A stretch of 64,000 bases of DNA from Eledone cirrhosa (GCA_964016885.1 OZ024740.1:73160001-73224000); one strand, 5' to 3'. Numbered from the stretch's first letter, positions 13,915-26,432 are shown. Notes: generated by a model from the letters alone, not told the origin. Numbers and translations are program-made.

Positions 13915-14581
13915 ATACGTGCGCGCACGCACACATATTATTATGCTTACCTTGCTCAAAATGCCGCACAGTGGAATCGAAACCGGTACCATGTAGTTAT
14001 GAAGCAAAGTTTAAACTTCTTAAGCCGTCAATCGTGTTTGTGTCCCTTACTCGACTATCGACACACAGTGTCAATGACATGTCATTCCTTGACCTCTCAT
14101 TCGGTAATCTAACGCTATATTCCTGAGGCAGGGATCCATTTTAGTTCCAGGGGCAAACCACAATTATATGAGAAGGAAGGAGATGTCTGTGATGTGAGAA
14201 ATAATGAATCATTAATTTCATAAACTCATAAGTATGCACGCCATCGGATTAAGCAACATTAATTAAATTGCTATAATGCATTATATGTCTGTGTATGTAT
14301 GTACGTATGCATCTATGCATATATATGTACATGTATATATATATATAGAGAGAGAGAGAAAGAGGGAGAGAGAGAGAGACCCACACATACAAAAAGTGTA
14401 TATATATGTATATATATATATATATGTGTGTGTGAGTGTGTATGTACATATATATATATATATATTTATACATATATAAATATATATATATTTACATATG
14501 TATACATATATGTATATATATGTGTGTGTATATATATGTATATATATTTATATATGCGTGTGTACATATGTATGCATGTAT

Positions 14582-14642
<61 letters not shown>

Positions 14643-14799
14643 TTGAAACATCAAAGACGCCACAGAGTATATAATGTTTTAAATTTGAAAGCCAAATCTC
14701 TCACTCTATCTTAATGAGAAGCTCTGTTGTGCTGAACTATGGCAAGCTCAGAGATATCTATACGGGACTGATGATACAGCAATCTTTACTCATTGATTT

Positions 14800-15288
14800 C
14801 ATAGATTATATTATATGTAAGTCACACACGCAAATGGTTCTTTGGTTAAATGTAGAATGGGATGGTCCTCCGTCGGTTTCAGCGATGAGAGTTCCAGTTG
14901 TTCGATCAACAGAACAGCTGGCTCGTTGAGTATTCTACAGACATGTGTACTCTTAACGTAATTCTCAGGGAGATTCAGCGTGAAACTGTGTGACAAGGTT
15001 GCTCATTTCAGTTATCCGGTACAGTCCATTTCTTTTATTATAATGTATGTGGCTGAGTATTCCACATACATGTTTATCTATAACGTAATCCACGAGGAAA
15101 ATCGATATGATAAAGCTGGTCCTTTTTATAGCTGGTACACTCTGTCCGACGGGCTTCCAAACAGTCTCCGTCTACTTACTTTGCCTCACAAGGCATGGGT
15201 TGACTCGCGGTCAAATGAGAGTTGTCCAAAATGAAAGGCAATGAAATGGAACCCAGGACCTTGTGATTATGAAGTGAACTTCTTAACA

Positions 15289-15290
<2 letters not shown>
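14800..15290 (-). mobile_element. tRNA-derived SINE (family of 2272-2935)
   Basis: Reverse-complement similarity to 2272-2935 (gaacccaggaccttgtgattatgaagtgaacttcttaac; cttccaaacag..tccgtct). Confidence 0.65.
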
Positions 15291-15370
<80 letters not shown>

Positions 15371-15768
15371 TATCTGTCTGTGTGTAGCTATGTGTGTGTG
15401 AGCGATAGAGGGAGGGGGAGGAAGAAAGAGAGCATATAATAGGAGGTTTAAGGAGTGTGTAGTAAGGGAAATGTATTATTTGCTTGATGTAAATGCTACT
15501 ACAACACACATTAACTAGGATATAATTGAATAAAATTGTGGTTATAACCTACTGAGACGGGTTATACCCTGAATTTTATTCGACTATCTTATACTTGATC
15601 TGTTGAAGTAGACATTGCATCAAACAAAATATACCCATATATATATATGTGTATGTGTGGGTGTGTGTGTGTGTGTTTATGTGTGGGAGCGTGTGCGTGT
15701 GTGTGTGTGTGAGTCCCGGGTTCAATCGGGGATAACCACAGTAAGATACTCAATACATTAGTAGAGTG

Positions 15769-15918
15769 TATAAAACAAAATTTAATAAAGAAATGGCTTC
15801 CACAGGACTAGAACTGTTTCATTCGAAGGAAATCATCAGGAAAAGCCCTGATGATTTCCTTCGAATGAAATAATTCTAGTCCTGTGGAAGCCATTTCTAT
15901 ATTGAATTTTGTTATATA
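15769..15918. mobile_element. Fold-back PLE terminal remnant with HHR-like motif
   Basis: Arms ~15769-15840/15847-15918. Minus strand 15847-15795 reads GGCUUUUC-CUGAUGA-UUUCCUUCGAAU-GAAA-CAG(UUCUAGUC)CUG-UG-GAAGCC. Confidence 0.65.
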
Positions 15919-15924
15919 TAGTAG

Positions 15925-16920
15925 TACATGCAACATCCCTCACTAGCTATGCTGATGACACAAAGGTAGCACAGGCAATAAAAAATCCGGCTGATGCTGC
16001 CCTTTTACAGGATCTGGCTGCCATATATAAATGGGTTAAGGACAACAACATGCAGTTTAATGCTGGAATATTTCAAGCCCTACAATACCAACCTGCTAAC
16101 ACAAAAACAGTACAACATAGCAACACCGGACCAGGAGGGATCGAAATCCCCATGTCGAAATCGATACGAGACCTGGGGCGATGCATCTTTTTCTTCACAC
16201 ATCATGAGATTGGAGACAATGTGCAGACGACTCGCTGGCTGGGTCTTGAGGATTTCCGGACAAGAGACCGAGATACCATGTTGATATTATGGAGGACATT
16301 TGACCTTTGTCCTAAGCCGACTGGACTACTGCTCCCAACTGTGGTGACCCCATAGTATCAAACTAACCACGGAGCTTGAAGCAATCCAACGAGGTTACAC
16401 CAAGAGGATTGTTACGATGAAGGAGAGGAGCTACTGGGAGAGACTAAAAGAACGGAAACTCTACTCCTTGGAACGAAGACGGGAGAGATACGCATTGATA
16501 TACATATGGAAAACCCTGGAAGGACTAGCACCAAACTTTGGCATTGAGAGCTGGACCAACCCCTGAACAGGACGTCATTGTGTGGTGCCAAAGGTCCGTC
16601 TTTCACATCTAGAATAAGGAGCAGATATTGCAATAGCCTGGGGTTCAAAGACCCTCAACTCTTCAGCAAGCTGGCAAGAAATTTAAGAGATCTGCATGGT
16701 GAGGACGTGGATATTTTCAAGAAACATCTTGACACCCTGCTATCCAGAATCCCGGGTGAGCCCACAGCACGGTACAAAGGTAACCTAAGGGCACCAACAA
16801 CGAACTACCTCTGACACCAATGACCAGCCAACACAGGCTGGAGATAGAACGTGTAGCAACAAGGGCGGTGCCCCAGCATGGCCTCAGCTGGATGACTGGG
16901 ACAGGTAAAAGAGTAAAAGA
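15925..16920 (+). pseudogene. 5'-truncated, frameshifted CR1-group LINE (RT C-terminus to 3' end)
   Basis: SYADDTK, IYKWVKDNNMQFN and IRDLG, then LDYCSQLW and SYWERLK...LYSLERRRERYALIY in shifted frames. Confidence 0.8.
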
Positions 16921-16938
16921 TATATATATATATATATG

Positions 16939-17744
16939 CTAGCAGAATGGCCCGGCGTTGCTCGGTATTCTAAGCATATATTGGCATGTTAATCCCTCCT
17001 TTCTGAAACAGTTTCGTCGTATGTTCACCAATTGATGCAGAAGTCCTAATAAAAAGTGATGTCGCCTTGGCTGAATAGGCAAATAAGTTTCCATTAAGAT
17101 TTTTCAAAAGCATGTGATTGCGTTCCCTCTCTTTTTTGTTGTTGTTTTTGCTGCTGTCGAGTCTCGGGGAAATAAATACGTTTGTTTATATTTTGTTATT
17201 GTGTATGCAAAAATATCTGTACACGAATATATAATTATATATATATATATATATATATATTAAAATAACAGATTAAAGTTTAAGTGAAGAATCGCTGCTT
17301 TCACCCTTAACGGGATCTTCTGAAACTAAAAAAATCAATCTGTGAACGCAGAAGTAAATATTTCGAAAAACATTACACACTATATATATATACACACACT
17401 GTATATACATACATACACACACACACAGATAGTGTTATAATGTCGTAATGCAGACAGCCAGACATACAGACAGATATAAGGGCGCGACGTCATAGCTATG
17501 TCTCTATCTAAAAAGACAGGCTAAGAAAGACAGAGAGATCGCTAAACGGCGCCTAATGCGGTCCCTAGGGCATTGAAAGTTTGAAATATGTTTTGCTCAA
17601 AACACTCACACGACAATAAGTATTACATGTGTAAAGTTTGAAAAAAATTGGTTGGGTGGTTCTTGAGTTTTAGGTAGTCAGACAGACATATATACAGACA
17701 GACATACAAACAGACAGACAGACATTCTCTGTTTTAGATATATA
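16939..17744 (-). mobile_element. Non-autonomous Helitron-like element, tandem unit 1
   Basis: Minus-strand 3' end CCGAGCAACGCCGGGCCATTCTGCTAG (short hairpin + CTAG). (CTGT)n near the 5' end. Head-to-tail with the next unit. Confidence 0.7.
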
Positions 17745-17892
17745 CTAGCAGAATGGCCCCGCGTTGTTCGGAATTTGCTCTAGGGTTCTTATATATTTAA
17801 TATATATTTATCCTTATCGAGCCTCGTGAAATAAATATGTTTGTTTATATTTTGTTATTGTGTATGCAAAAATATCTGTACACGAATTTTAA

Positions 17893-17959
<67 letters not shown>

Positions 17960-18124
17960 CAGATTAAAGTTTAAGCAAAGAATCGCTGCTTTCACCCTTA
18001 ACGGGATCTTCTGAAACTAAAAAAATCAATCTGTGAACGCAGAAGTAAATATTTCGAACACACTATATATATATATATATATATATGAAGTATAAGAATC
18101 AAAGAACTGTTCAAAACATTATTG

Positions 18125-18171
18125 TGCTTACAGCTGTTTCCTCCAAACCGAGGTTTGGATTCTTCGGAGCA
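18125..18171 (-). ncRNA. Hammerhead ribozyme motif (inverted arm)
   Basis: Reverse complement of the 21563-21609 motif. Confidence 0.75.
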
Positions 18172-19614
18172 ATTTATTAATGCATGGACAGTTATATGAC
18201 CTCCTTTTCAGCCGAGAGACATACCAATACATATTCAAACATTGATACATATTCAAACATTGTGGGTCAACATTCATTACAGAATTTAGAGTGGCAGTAC
18301 ACACTTCGAGATTACATTTATATTAATAGGTACAATCAAAAATCAAAGATATAGGTTAAAGTACAACATGAAGATAAGTGGTTATATAGTGCAAATGTTA
18401 TATGTGTGGCACGCATGTGCGTCTTGTTTATATAGTGTGGCAGAGAGATATGTGTGGTAGAGGCACTTAGGTAGGTAAATAAGAGTGTTAGGTTGGTAGA
18501 TCTGGTGGCAAAGTCTTTATATGATTGATATAGTCTGTGTGTGGAGGAATATTATAAGCATTAAAGATAGTGCAAGCATTAAAAGTGTTATAAGTATTGG
18601 AGATGCACAGCGCAGGGATGTCAAGTAATTCATGTACTTCGGCATTTTCATGGTCAAGGGAGTGTATATTTCGATTATATGCCTTTCACATAATCCACGA
18701 CAATCCAGTTAGAGATCGTAGTCTGGTGTTCTTTAGTTCGATACAGGAGGTTGTTACGTTTCGAGAGACGCCATTGAATACCGGAAGTGTGTGTGTGGCT
18801 AAGGGGAGTTAATGCATGCGGGGAGGTAACTCTGGGGTTTCTATATCTAGCCATTAAAATGTGTCCCAATATAGACCCTAAATGCTATGGTGAGGTGCAC
18901 CTTCCAAGAGAGACTTTTAAAGCATAAAGTGTACTAACTATAGAGTAGTTTAACTAAATTATGCTGAAGGTGATCATATTATTATTAAGGTGGATTAACC
19001 CATCTTAAGGTGCTACAAATGGAAATTATAGATGATGAGCGAGGATTCTAAATTAATGATCTCTGTGGTTGTAGTCTGCTCATATGACCAGGCGCGGTGA
19101 TTGCAGGATTGCTTCAGGACCCAATGATCTCTGGTAAGATCTGGGTCATCGCTTGCTACATTGGATGTCGAAAGATAATCGTCCCCAGGCAGGCCAAAGG
19201 TCAATCCGCAGTCCTCGCGACCCCTCTCTGACCGTCAGATCATCCATATACGTACAACCCGCACGGCAGTTGCATTGCATTCACTCATTGCGCTCAGCAG
19301 CCCGGTCCTACTGGTCAACAGCGCTACTCGATTAAATCATTTTACATCTGTCTAAGGAAGGTGTTTCCTCTGCCCAACACCATCCAACCGATCAATTCAT
19401 GCTCAAATTACCCTTAGAGCGGTGTAGTGCCGTCCAGGTGGGTGGATGTTGTCACACCTGCCGTAGAGGTATAAATGGGTATTTTCCCTGCGAAGGGTTC
19501 CAGAGGGATGTCGTTGTTTGTGTTATAATGGATCAGCTAGTGTTGGGTATGTAGTATAGGGTGTGTCTCTGGTGTTTGATGCTAGATGTGGTGTTAGGTT
19601 CCAGTCCGACATTG

Positions 19615-21240
19615 CTATATATAGGGCTTAAAGTTTTGGAAGGAATGTCTGAGGCGGTGCTGGCAAGTTGCAAACACCTCAGATTTTTTGTTAAGTAGGT
19701 TACGGTTGGAGAAGATAATATTGTGTGTCTCTAGTATACAGAGGTTACAGAATTTATTAGGTGGTTTGTACGAGGTCGCGCTGCCTATCACTTCCCATTT
19801 GAGTGTGTATGGTTTATTTTTAGATTTTAGATAGTGTATGTAGCTAGAAAGTGAGGTGGAGTTGGCTAGGCTGTGCTTTTTGAACGAGTGGATGTGCGAG
19901 TTATATCTAATTTTGAAGCAGTTAGAAGTGGAGCCTACATAGGTTTCTGAAGAGTTATTAGTCGTGACTGTGCATGAGTATATGACATCCTTGGTTAGGC
20001 ATTTTTTATCTAAAGGGCAGGTTCTATTAGCTCTACAGTTACAATTATTCTGTGCGTTAGTCCGCTGGTTATAATGCAATGCGGAAGTCTGTGTGGTGGA
20101 TATAGGATTTTGGGTGTTCAGGTTGACAACCCTGGTGTTATTACTTATACTAGTGCTATTTCTATTGTTACTGCCGTTGCTATTGTTGCTTGCTACAGTG
20201 GTATTTAGAGGGTTTGCATCCCGTTGTGATTTTGTTTGTTGGAAGTAAGAACTAATTTTACTATTATTGCTGCTAGCTATGTGGTATGCTAAGTTAGGCG
20301 TCGTAGAGTATGAGATTTTAATGGTGTTTTTGTTTAAGAGGTTGTGGTACTTGTGTCCTAGAGGGAAGTTTTTATCTAGTAGTGAGAAGAAAGCCCTAGG
20401 TATGTTGGTGGAGACATTTAGGTTGAAAGGAGGGTTGAAAAATGTATTATTTCTTCTTCTATTTTTGCTTTTAGTGTTTGGTGTGTTGCTTCCTCCTAAG
20501 GCCTCACAGTAGTTTCCATGGTAATGGTTACTTCCGGTGGCACCCTCCGCTTTGGTGTACTTGTGGTTGCTATTCCTATTATTAGATTTCCTCATGGACA
20601 TGTTGTGCGAGATGATGTTGTAGCTATGTGTTTTCTTAGGTAGGAACTCTATTTCTATATTATGGCCGGAGCTAGCTAATGCTTGATTGTAATATTGTGA
20701 GTTTTTGCTAAATATGTTTGCGTCATAGGACAGACTAGAGATTCTATTGGACACCCCCTTAGAGATAGAGTTTAATATTGATCTAGGGTGATTAGACTTG
20801 GTATCTACGTAAATAAGTTTCTCATTAGGCTTATGGAAAGGTGTATATATTTTTGAGTCTAGGTATAGTGTGGCGTCTAGGAAGTTAACATTTTTAGTGT
20901 TTTTGTCCATGGTGATACTAAGGTTAAAGTTTTTGAATGTCTTATGCAGTTGTTTTCTAGTTCTTTCTATATTAAATTTTTTATATTCTATGAGTAGAAG
21001 TGCATCATCGCGGTACAAACCACCGTTGAGGTAAGGGAGGTCTTTATGGATTTCATTGAGGAGGTATAGGCCGACCAAATCAGTGACCTGCGCCGAGTCA
21101 CTAGATCCCATGGTTATGTCGAAGTTGTTGTGCGTATCCTTGCGTGTCCATAGTTGGTCCTCGAAGGTGATTATGGTTTTACGGGCCGCAAGGATGACAT
21201 CAACCTGGGCTCTAGTCAGGTCGCTATTGGTCATGGCCAT
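19615..21240 (-). pseudogene. 5'-truncated inverted copy of the PLE ORF (RT C-half + GIY-YIG)
   Basis: 541 aa matching the C-terminal part of the 21859-24318 ORF except T/M and C/W substitutions. A 10-nt deletion lies just upstream, near 21315. Confidence 0.93.
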
Positions 21241-21562
21241 GATAAGTGCCTTATTTAATAGGATAGGGGAAATAGAGGTGTAGTATGAATTGATATCAAA
21301 TTGAATAAATTTTTATTCTTGATATCCTTAAACCATTCAATGCACTATATAACCACTTATCTTCATGTTGTACTTTAACCTATATCTTTGATTTTTGATT
21401 GTACCTATTAATATAAATGTAATCTCGAAGTGTGTACTGCCACTCTAAATTCTGTAATGAATGTTGACCCACAATGTTTGAATATGTATCAATGTTTGAA
21501 TATGTATTGGTATGTCTCTCGGCTGAAAAGGAGGTCATATAACTGTCCATGCATTAATAAAT

Positions 21563-21609
21563 TGCTCCGAAGAATCCAAACCTCGGTTTGGAGGAAACAG
21601 CTGTAAGCA
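21563..21609 (+). ncRNA. Minimal type-I hammerhead ribozyme motif in 5' pLTR
   Basis: UGCU-CCGAAGA-A-UCCAAACC(UC)GGUUUGGA-G-GAAA-CAGCUG(palindrome)-UA-AGCA; U4C core variant, GUA cleavage triplet. Confidence 0.78.
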
Positions 21610-21858
21610 CAATAATGTTTTGAACAGTTCTTTGATTCTTATACTTCATATAACTGCTCTGTAAATCATCTGATGTTTTTACATTGAGCTACTTAACTTA
21701 CTGGTAATAAGGTAGTAATACATCACTGCCTACCACTATTTAGGGTGTGTGTAAAATACTTACAACTGCTTAAGGTTTTGTGTTTACATAACCATAAATA
21801 GTATAACTAATACTATTAACTGCTCCATATCGTTGAGCTGACATATAATATTGCCAAT

Positions 21859-24318
21859 ATGCTAATCAAAGACCAACTCCCCATGTCAACCAAGAACATA
21901 CCAATACCATCCAGGAATACATATGAGAAATTGCTGATCAACAGTGTAAATTCATTTATCAATAGAGTGAGATGGAGGACATTCCATTATGATAGAAACA
22001 AATCTAACAACTTGAATAATACTAACAATTTTGACTCCTTCGGCTTTAAAACCTTTAAAAGCCCCCCTCATAACACTCTACTTAACTCCTTTGAAAATGA
22101 CCTAGTTAAACTAGTTAAGAACATTAAATACAATAAGCACCATATTAGAAGCAACACCTTCTTAAACAAACTTAACACTTCTATTAGTGGATTCAAAACT
22201 AGTAATAAAATTATTGTACACGCAGATAAAACTAATAACATATACAGCCTAGATTATATTACTTATAGAAAGTTTATATATAATGAACTACATAAAAGCT
22301 ACAAAAAAACCACCTTGAAAAACTTAGAAGATATTAATGTAGAGGGTTATAATATAGTGTCTAAACTAGGACTACAGAGGCATACACAACCTTTCACTCC
22401 GAACCCCCCTAGATTCTCTCTGAAGGACCATAAGGAGAACTTCATCAGCAACCCCACGATAAGACTTATCTGCCCTTCCAAGTCCGACATTGGTATTGTC
22501 AGCAAGAAGATTTTGGATAAAATCATCCCACAAATTAAACACAAGATACACCTTAAACAATGGGGAAATACGGGTGAAGTAATTGAATGGTTTAAGGATA
22601 TCAAGAATAATAAGAACAAAAAATTTATTCAATTTGATATCAATTCATACTACACCTCTATTTCCCCTATCCTATTAAATAAGGCACTTATCATGGCCAT
22701 GACCAATAGCGACCTGACTAGAGCCCAGGTTGATGTCATCCTTGCGGCCCGTAAAACCATAATCACCTTCGAGGACCAACTATGGACACGCAAGGATATG
22801 CACAACAACTTCGACATAACCATGGGATCTAGTGACTCGGCGCAGGTCACTGATTTGGTCGGCCTATACCTCCTCAATGAAATCCATAAAGACCTCCCTT
22901 ACCTCAACGGTGGTTTGTACCGCGATGATGCACTTCTACTCATAGAATATAAAAAATTTAATATAGAAAGAACTAGAAAACAACTGCATAAGACATTCAA
23001 AAACTTTAACCTTAGTATCACCATGGACAAAAACACTAAAAATGTTAACTTCCTAGACGCCACACTATACCTAGACTCAAAAATATATACACCTTTCCAT
23101 AAGCCTAATGAGAAACTCATTTACGTAGATACCAAGTCTAATCACCCTAGATCAATATTAAACTCTATCTCTAAGGGGGTGTCCAATAGAATCTCTAGTC
23201 TGTCCTATGACGCAAACATATTTAGCAAAAACTCACAATATTACAATCAAGCATTAGCTAGCTCCGGCCATAATATAGAAATAGAGTTCCTACCTAAGAA
23301 AACACATAGCTACAACATCATCTCGCACAACATGTCCATGAGGAAATCTAATAATAGGAATAGCAACCACAAGTACACCAAAGCGGAGGGTGCCACCGGA
23401 AGTAACCATTACCATGGAAACTACTGGGAGGCCTTAGGAGGAAGCAACACACCAAACACTAAAAGCAAAAATAGAAGAAGAAATAATACATTTTTCAACC
23501 CTCCTTTCAACCTAAATGTCTCCACCAACATACCTAGGGCTTTCTTCTCACTACTAGATAAAAACTTCCCTCTAGGACACAAGTACCACAACCTCTTAAA
23601 CAAAAACACCATTAAAATCTCATACTCTACGACGCCTAACTTAGCATACCACATAGCTAGCAGCAATAATAGTAAAATTAGTTCTTACTTCCAACAAACA
23701 AAATCACAACGGGATGCAAACCCTCTAAATACCACTGTAGCAAGCAACAATAGCAACGGCAGTAACAATAGAAATAGCACTAGTATAAGTAATAACACCA
23801 GGGTTGTCAACCTGAACACCCAAAATCCTATATCCACCACACAGACTTCCGCATTGCATTATAACCAGCGGACTAACGCACAGAATAATTGTAACTGTAG
23901 AGCTAATAGAACCTGCCCTTTAGATAAAAAATGCCTAACCAAGGATGTCATATACTCATGCACAGTCACGACTAATAACTCTTCAGAAACCTATGTAGGC
24001 TCCACTTCTAACTGCTTCAAAATTAGATATAACTCGCACATCCACTCGTTCAAAAAGCACAGCCTAGCCAACTCCACCTCACTTTCTAGCTACATACACT
24101 ATCTAAAATCTAAAAATAAACCATACACACTCAAATGGGAAGTGATAGGCAGCGCGACCTCGTACAAACCACCTAATAAATTCTGTAACCTCTGTATACT
24201 AGAGACACACAATATTATCTTCTCCAACCGTAACCTACTTAACAAAAAATCTGAGGTGTTTGCAACTTGCCAGCACCGCCTCAGACATTCCTTCCAAAAC
24301 TTTAAGCCCTATATATAG
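21859..24318 (+). CDS. Penelope-like element polyprotein: reverse transcriptase + C-terminal GIY-YIG endonuclease (probably Hydra-type clade)
   Basis: Open 819 aa. HADKT (DKG-like), QFDINSYYTSI, TMGS, GLYRDD, NFLD and SNHP RT/thumb motifs. CNC-x5-CPL-x3-C, VIY...YVGST, R...H and CNLC..E...LN...CQH endonuclease motifs. Clade assignment is from recall of motif patterns, not a phylogeny. Confidence 0.95.
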   Translation: MLIKDQLPMSTKNIPIPSRNTYEKLLINSVNSFINRVRWRTFHYDRNKSNNLNNTNNFDSFGFKTFKSPPHNTLLNSFENDLVKLVKNIKYNKHHIRSNTFLNKLNTSISGFKTSNKIIVHADKTNNIYSLDYITYRKFIYNELHKSYKKTTLKNLEDINVEGYNIVSKLGLQRHTQPFTPNPPRFSLKDHKENFISNPTIRLICPSKSDIGIVSKKILDKIIPQIKHKIHLKQWGNTGEVIEWFKDIKNNKNKKFIQFDINSYYTSISPILLNKALIMAMTNSDLTRAQVDVILAARKTIITFEDQLWTRKDMHNNFDITMGSSDSAQVTDLVGLYLLNEIHKDLPYLNGGLYRDDALLLIEYKKFNIERTRKQLHKTFKNFNLSITMDKNTKNVNFLDATLYLDSKIYTPFHKPNEKLIYVDTKSNHPRSILNSISKGVSNRISSLSYDANIFSKNSQYYNQALASSGHNIEIEFLPKKTHSYNIISHNMSMRKSNNRNSNHKYTKAEGATGSNHYHGNYWEALGGSNTPNTKSKNRRRNNTFFNPPFNLNVSTNIPRAFFSLLDKNFPLGHKYHNLLNKNTIKISYSTTPNLAYHIASSNNSKISSYFQQTKSQRDANPLNTTVASNNSNGSNNRNSTSISNNTRVVNLNTQNPISTTQTSALHYNQRTNAQNNCNCRANRTCPLDKKCLTKDVIYSCTVTTNNSSETYVGSTSNCFKIRYNSHIHSFKKHSLANSTSLSSYIHYLKSKNKPYTLKWEVIGSATSYKPPNKFCNLCILETHNIIFSNRNLLNKKSEVFATCQHRLRHSFQNFKPYI

Positions 24319-25761
24319 CAATGTCGGACTGGAACCTAACACCACATCTAGCATCAAACACCAGAGACACACCCTATACTACATACCCAACACTAGCTGA
24401 TCCATTATAACACAAACAACGACATCCCTCTGGAACCCTTCGCAGGGAAAATACCCATTTATACCTCTACGGCAGGTGTGACAACATCCACCCACCTGGA
24501 CGGCACTACACCGCTCTAAGGGTAATTTGAGCATGAATTGATCGGTTGGATGGTGTTGGGCAGAGGAAACACCTTCCTTAGACAGATGTAAAATGATTTA
24601 ATCGAGTAGCGCTGTTGACCAGTAGGACCGGGCTGCTGAGCGCAATGAGTGAATGCAATGCAACTGCCGTGCGGGTTGTACGTATATGGATGATCTGACG
24701 GTCAGAGAGGGGTCGCGAGGACTGCGGATTGACCTTTGGCCTGCCTGGGGACGATTATCTTTCGACATCCAATGTAGCAAGCGATGACCCAGATCTTACC
24801 AGAGATCATTGGGTCCTGAAGCAATCCTGCAATCACCGCGCCTGGTCATATGAGCAGACTACAACCACAGAGATCATTAATTTAGAATCCTCGCTCATCA
24901 TCTATAATTTCCATTTGTAGCACCTTAAGATGGGTTAATCCACTTTAATAATAATATGATCACCTTCAGCATAATTTAGTTAAACTACTCTATAGTTAGT
25001 ACACTTTATGCTTTAAAAGTCTCTCTTGGAAGGTGCACCTCACCATAGAATTTAGGGTCTATATTGGGACACATTTTAATGGCTAGATATAGAAACCCCA
25101 GAGTTACCTCCCCGCATGCATTAACTCCCCTTAGCCACACACACACTTCCGGTATTCAATGGCGTCTCTCGAAACGTAACAACCTCCTGTATCGAACTAA
25201 AGAACACCAGACTACGATCTCTAACTGGATTGTCGTGGATTATGTGAAAGGCATATAATCGAAATATACACTCCCTTGACCATGAAAATGCCGAAGTACA
25301 TGAATTACTTGACATCCCTGCGCTGTGCATCTCCAATACTTATAACACTTTTAATGCTTGCACTATCTTTAATGCTTATAATATTCCTCCACACACAGAC
25401 TATATCAATCATATAAAGACTTTGCCACCAGATCTACCAACCTAACACTCTTATTTACCTACCTAAGTGCCTCTACCACACATATCTCTCTGCCACACTA
25501 TATAAACAAGACGCACATGCGTGCCACACATATAACATTTGCACTATATAACCACTTATCTTCATGTTGTACTTTAACCTATATCTTTGATTTTTGATTG
25601 TACCTATTAATATAAATGTAATCTCGAAGTGTGTACTGCCACTCTAAATTCTGTAATGAATGTTGACCCACAATGTTTGAATATGTATCAATGTTTGAAT
25701 ATGTATTGGTATGTCTCTCGGCTGAAAAGGAGGTCATATAACTGTCCATGCATTAATAAAT

Positions 25762-25808
25762 TGCTCCGAAGAATCCAAACCTCGGTTTGGAGGAAACAGC
25801 TGTAAGCA
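25762..25808 (+). ncRNA. Minimal hammerhead ribozyme motif in 3' pLTR
   Basis: Identical to 21563-21609. Confidence 0.78.
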
Positions 25809-26009
25809 CAATAATGTTTTGAACAGTTCTTTGATTCTTATACTTCATATAACTGCTCTGTAAATCATCTGATGTTTTTACATTGAGCTACTTAACTTAC
25901 TGGTAATAAGGTAGTAATACATCACTGCCTACCACTATTTAGGGTGTGTGTAAAATACTTACAACTGCTTAAGGTTTTGTGTTTACATAACCATAAATAG
26001 TATAACTAA

Positions 26010-26072
<63 letters not shown>

Positions 26073-26355
26073 TATAGCGACGTCATAATATCGTAATGCA
26101 GACAGCCAGACATACAGACAGATATTATAAGGGCGCAACATTATATCTATGTATCAATCTAAAAAGAAAGACTAAAAATTATAGAGAGAGATCGTTAAAT
26201 CCCCTAATGCGGTCCCTAGGGTATTGAAAATTTGAAATATCTTTTTGCTTAAAACACTCACACGACCATAAGTATTACATGTGTAAAATTTGAAAACAAT
26301 CGGTTGGGTGGTTCTCGAGTTTTAGGGAGTCAGACAGACAGACAGACATTCTCTG

Positions 26356-26432
<77 letters not shown>

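Larger units (their letters stand above)
18083..26015 (+). mobile_element. Complete EN+ Penelope-like retroelement insertion (inverted partial copy + pLTR-ORF-3'UTR-pLTR)
   Basis: pLTR direct repeat 21341-21816 = 25540-26015. Inverted copy 18083-21340 mirrors 22583-25850. (TA)n at both ends. Confidence 0.95.
17745..26360 (-). mobile_element. Helitron-like tandem unit 2, interrupted by the PLE (pieces 17745-18063 and ~26060-26360)
   Basis: Both pieces match unit 1 colinearly. The break lies in an internal (TA)n occupied by the PLE. Confidence 0.75.

Noticed and set aside
24783-24820. SECIS-like AUGA hairpin in the PLE 3' UTR
   Set aside because: The 3' GA is not positioned for the quartet, there is no apical AA motif, and the ORF has no internal UGA.
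18597-25336. Mirror-image 60-81 aa ORFs in both PLE arms
   Set aside because: Duplicated only because of the inversion; short, mostly non-ATG starts, no motifs.
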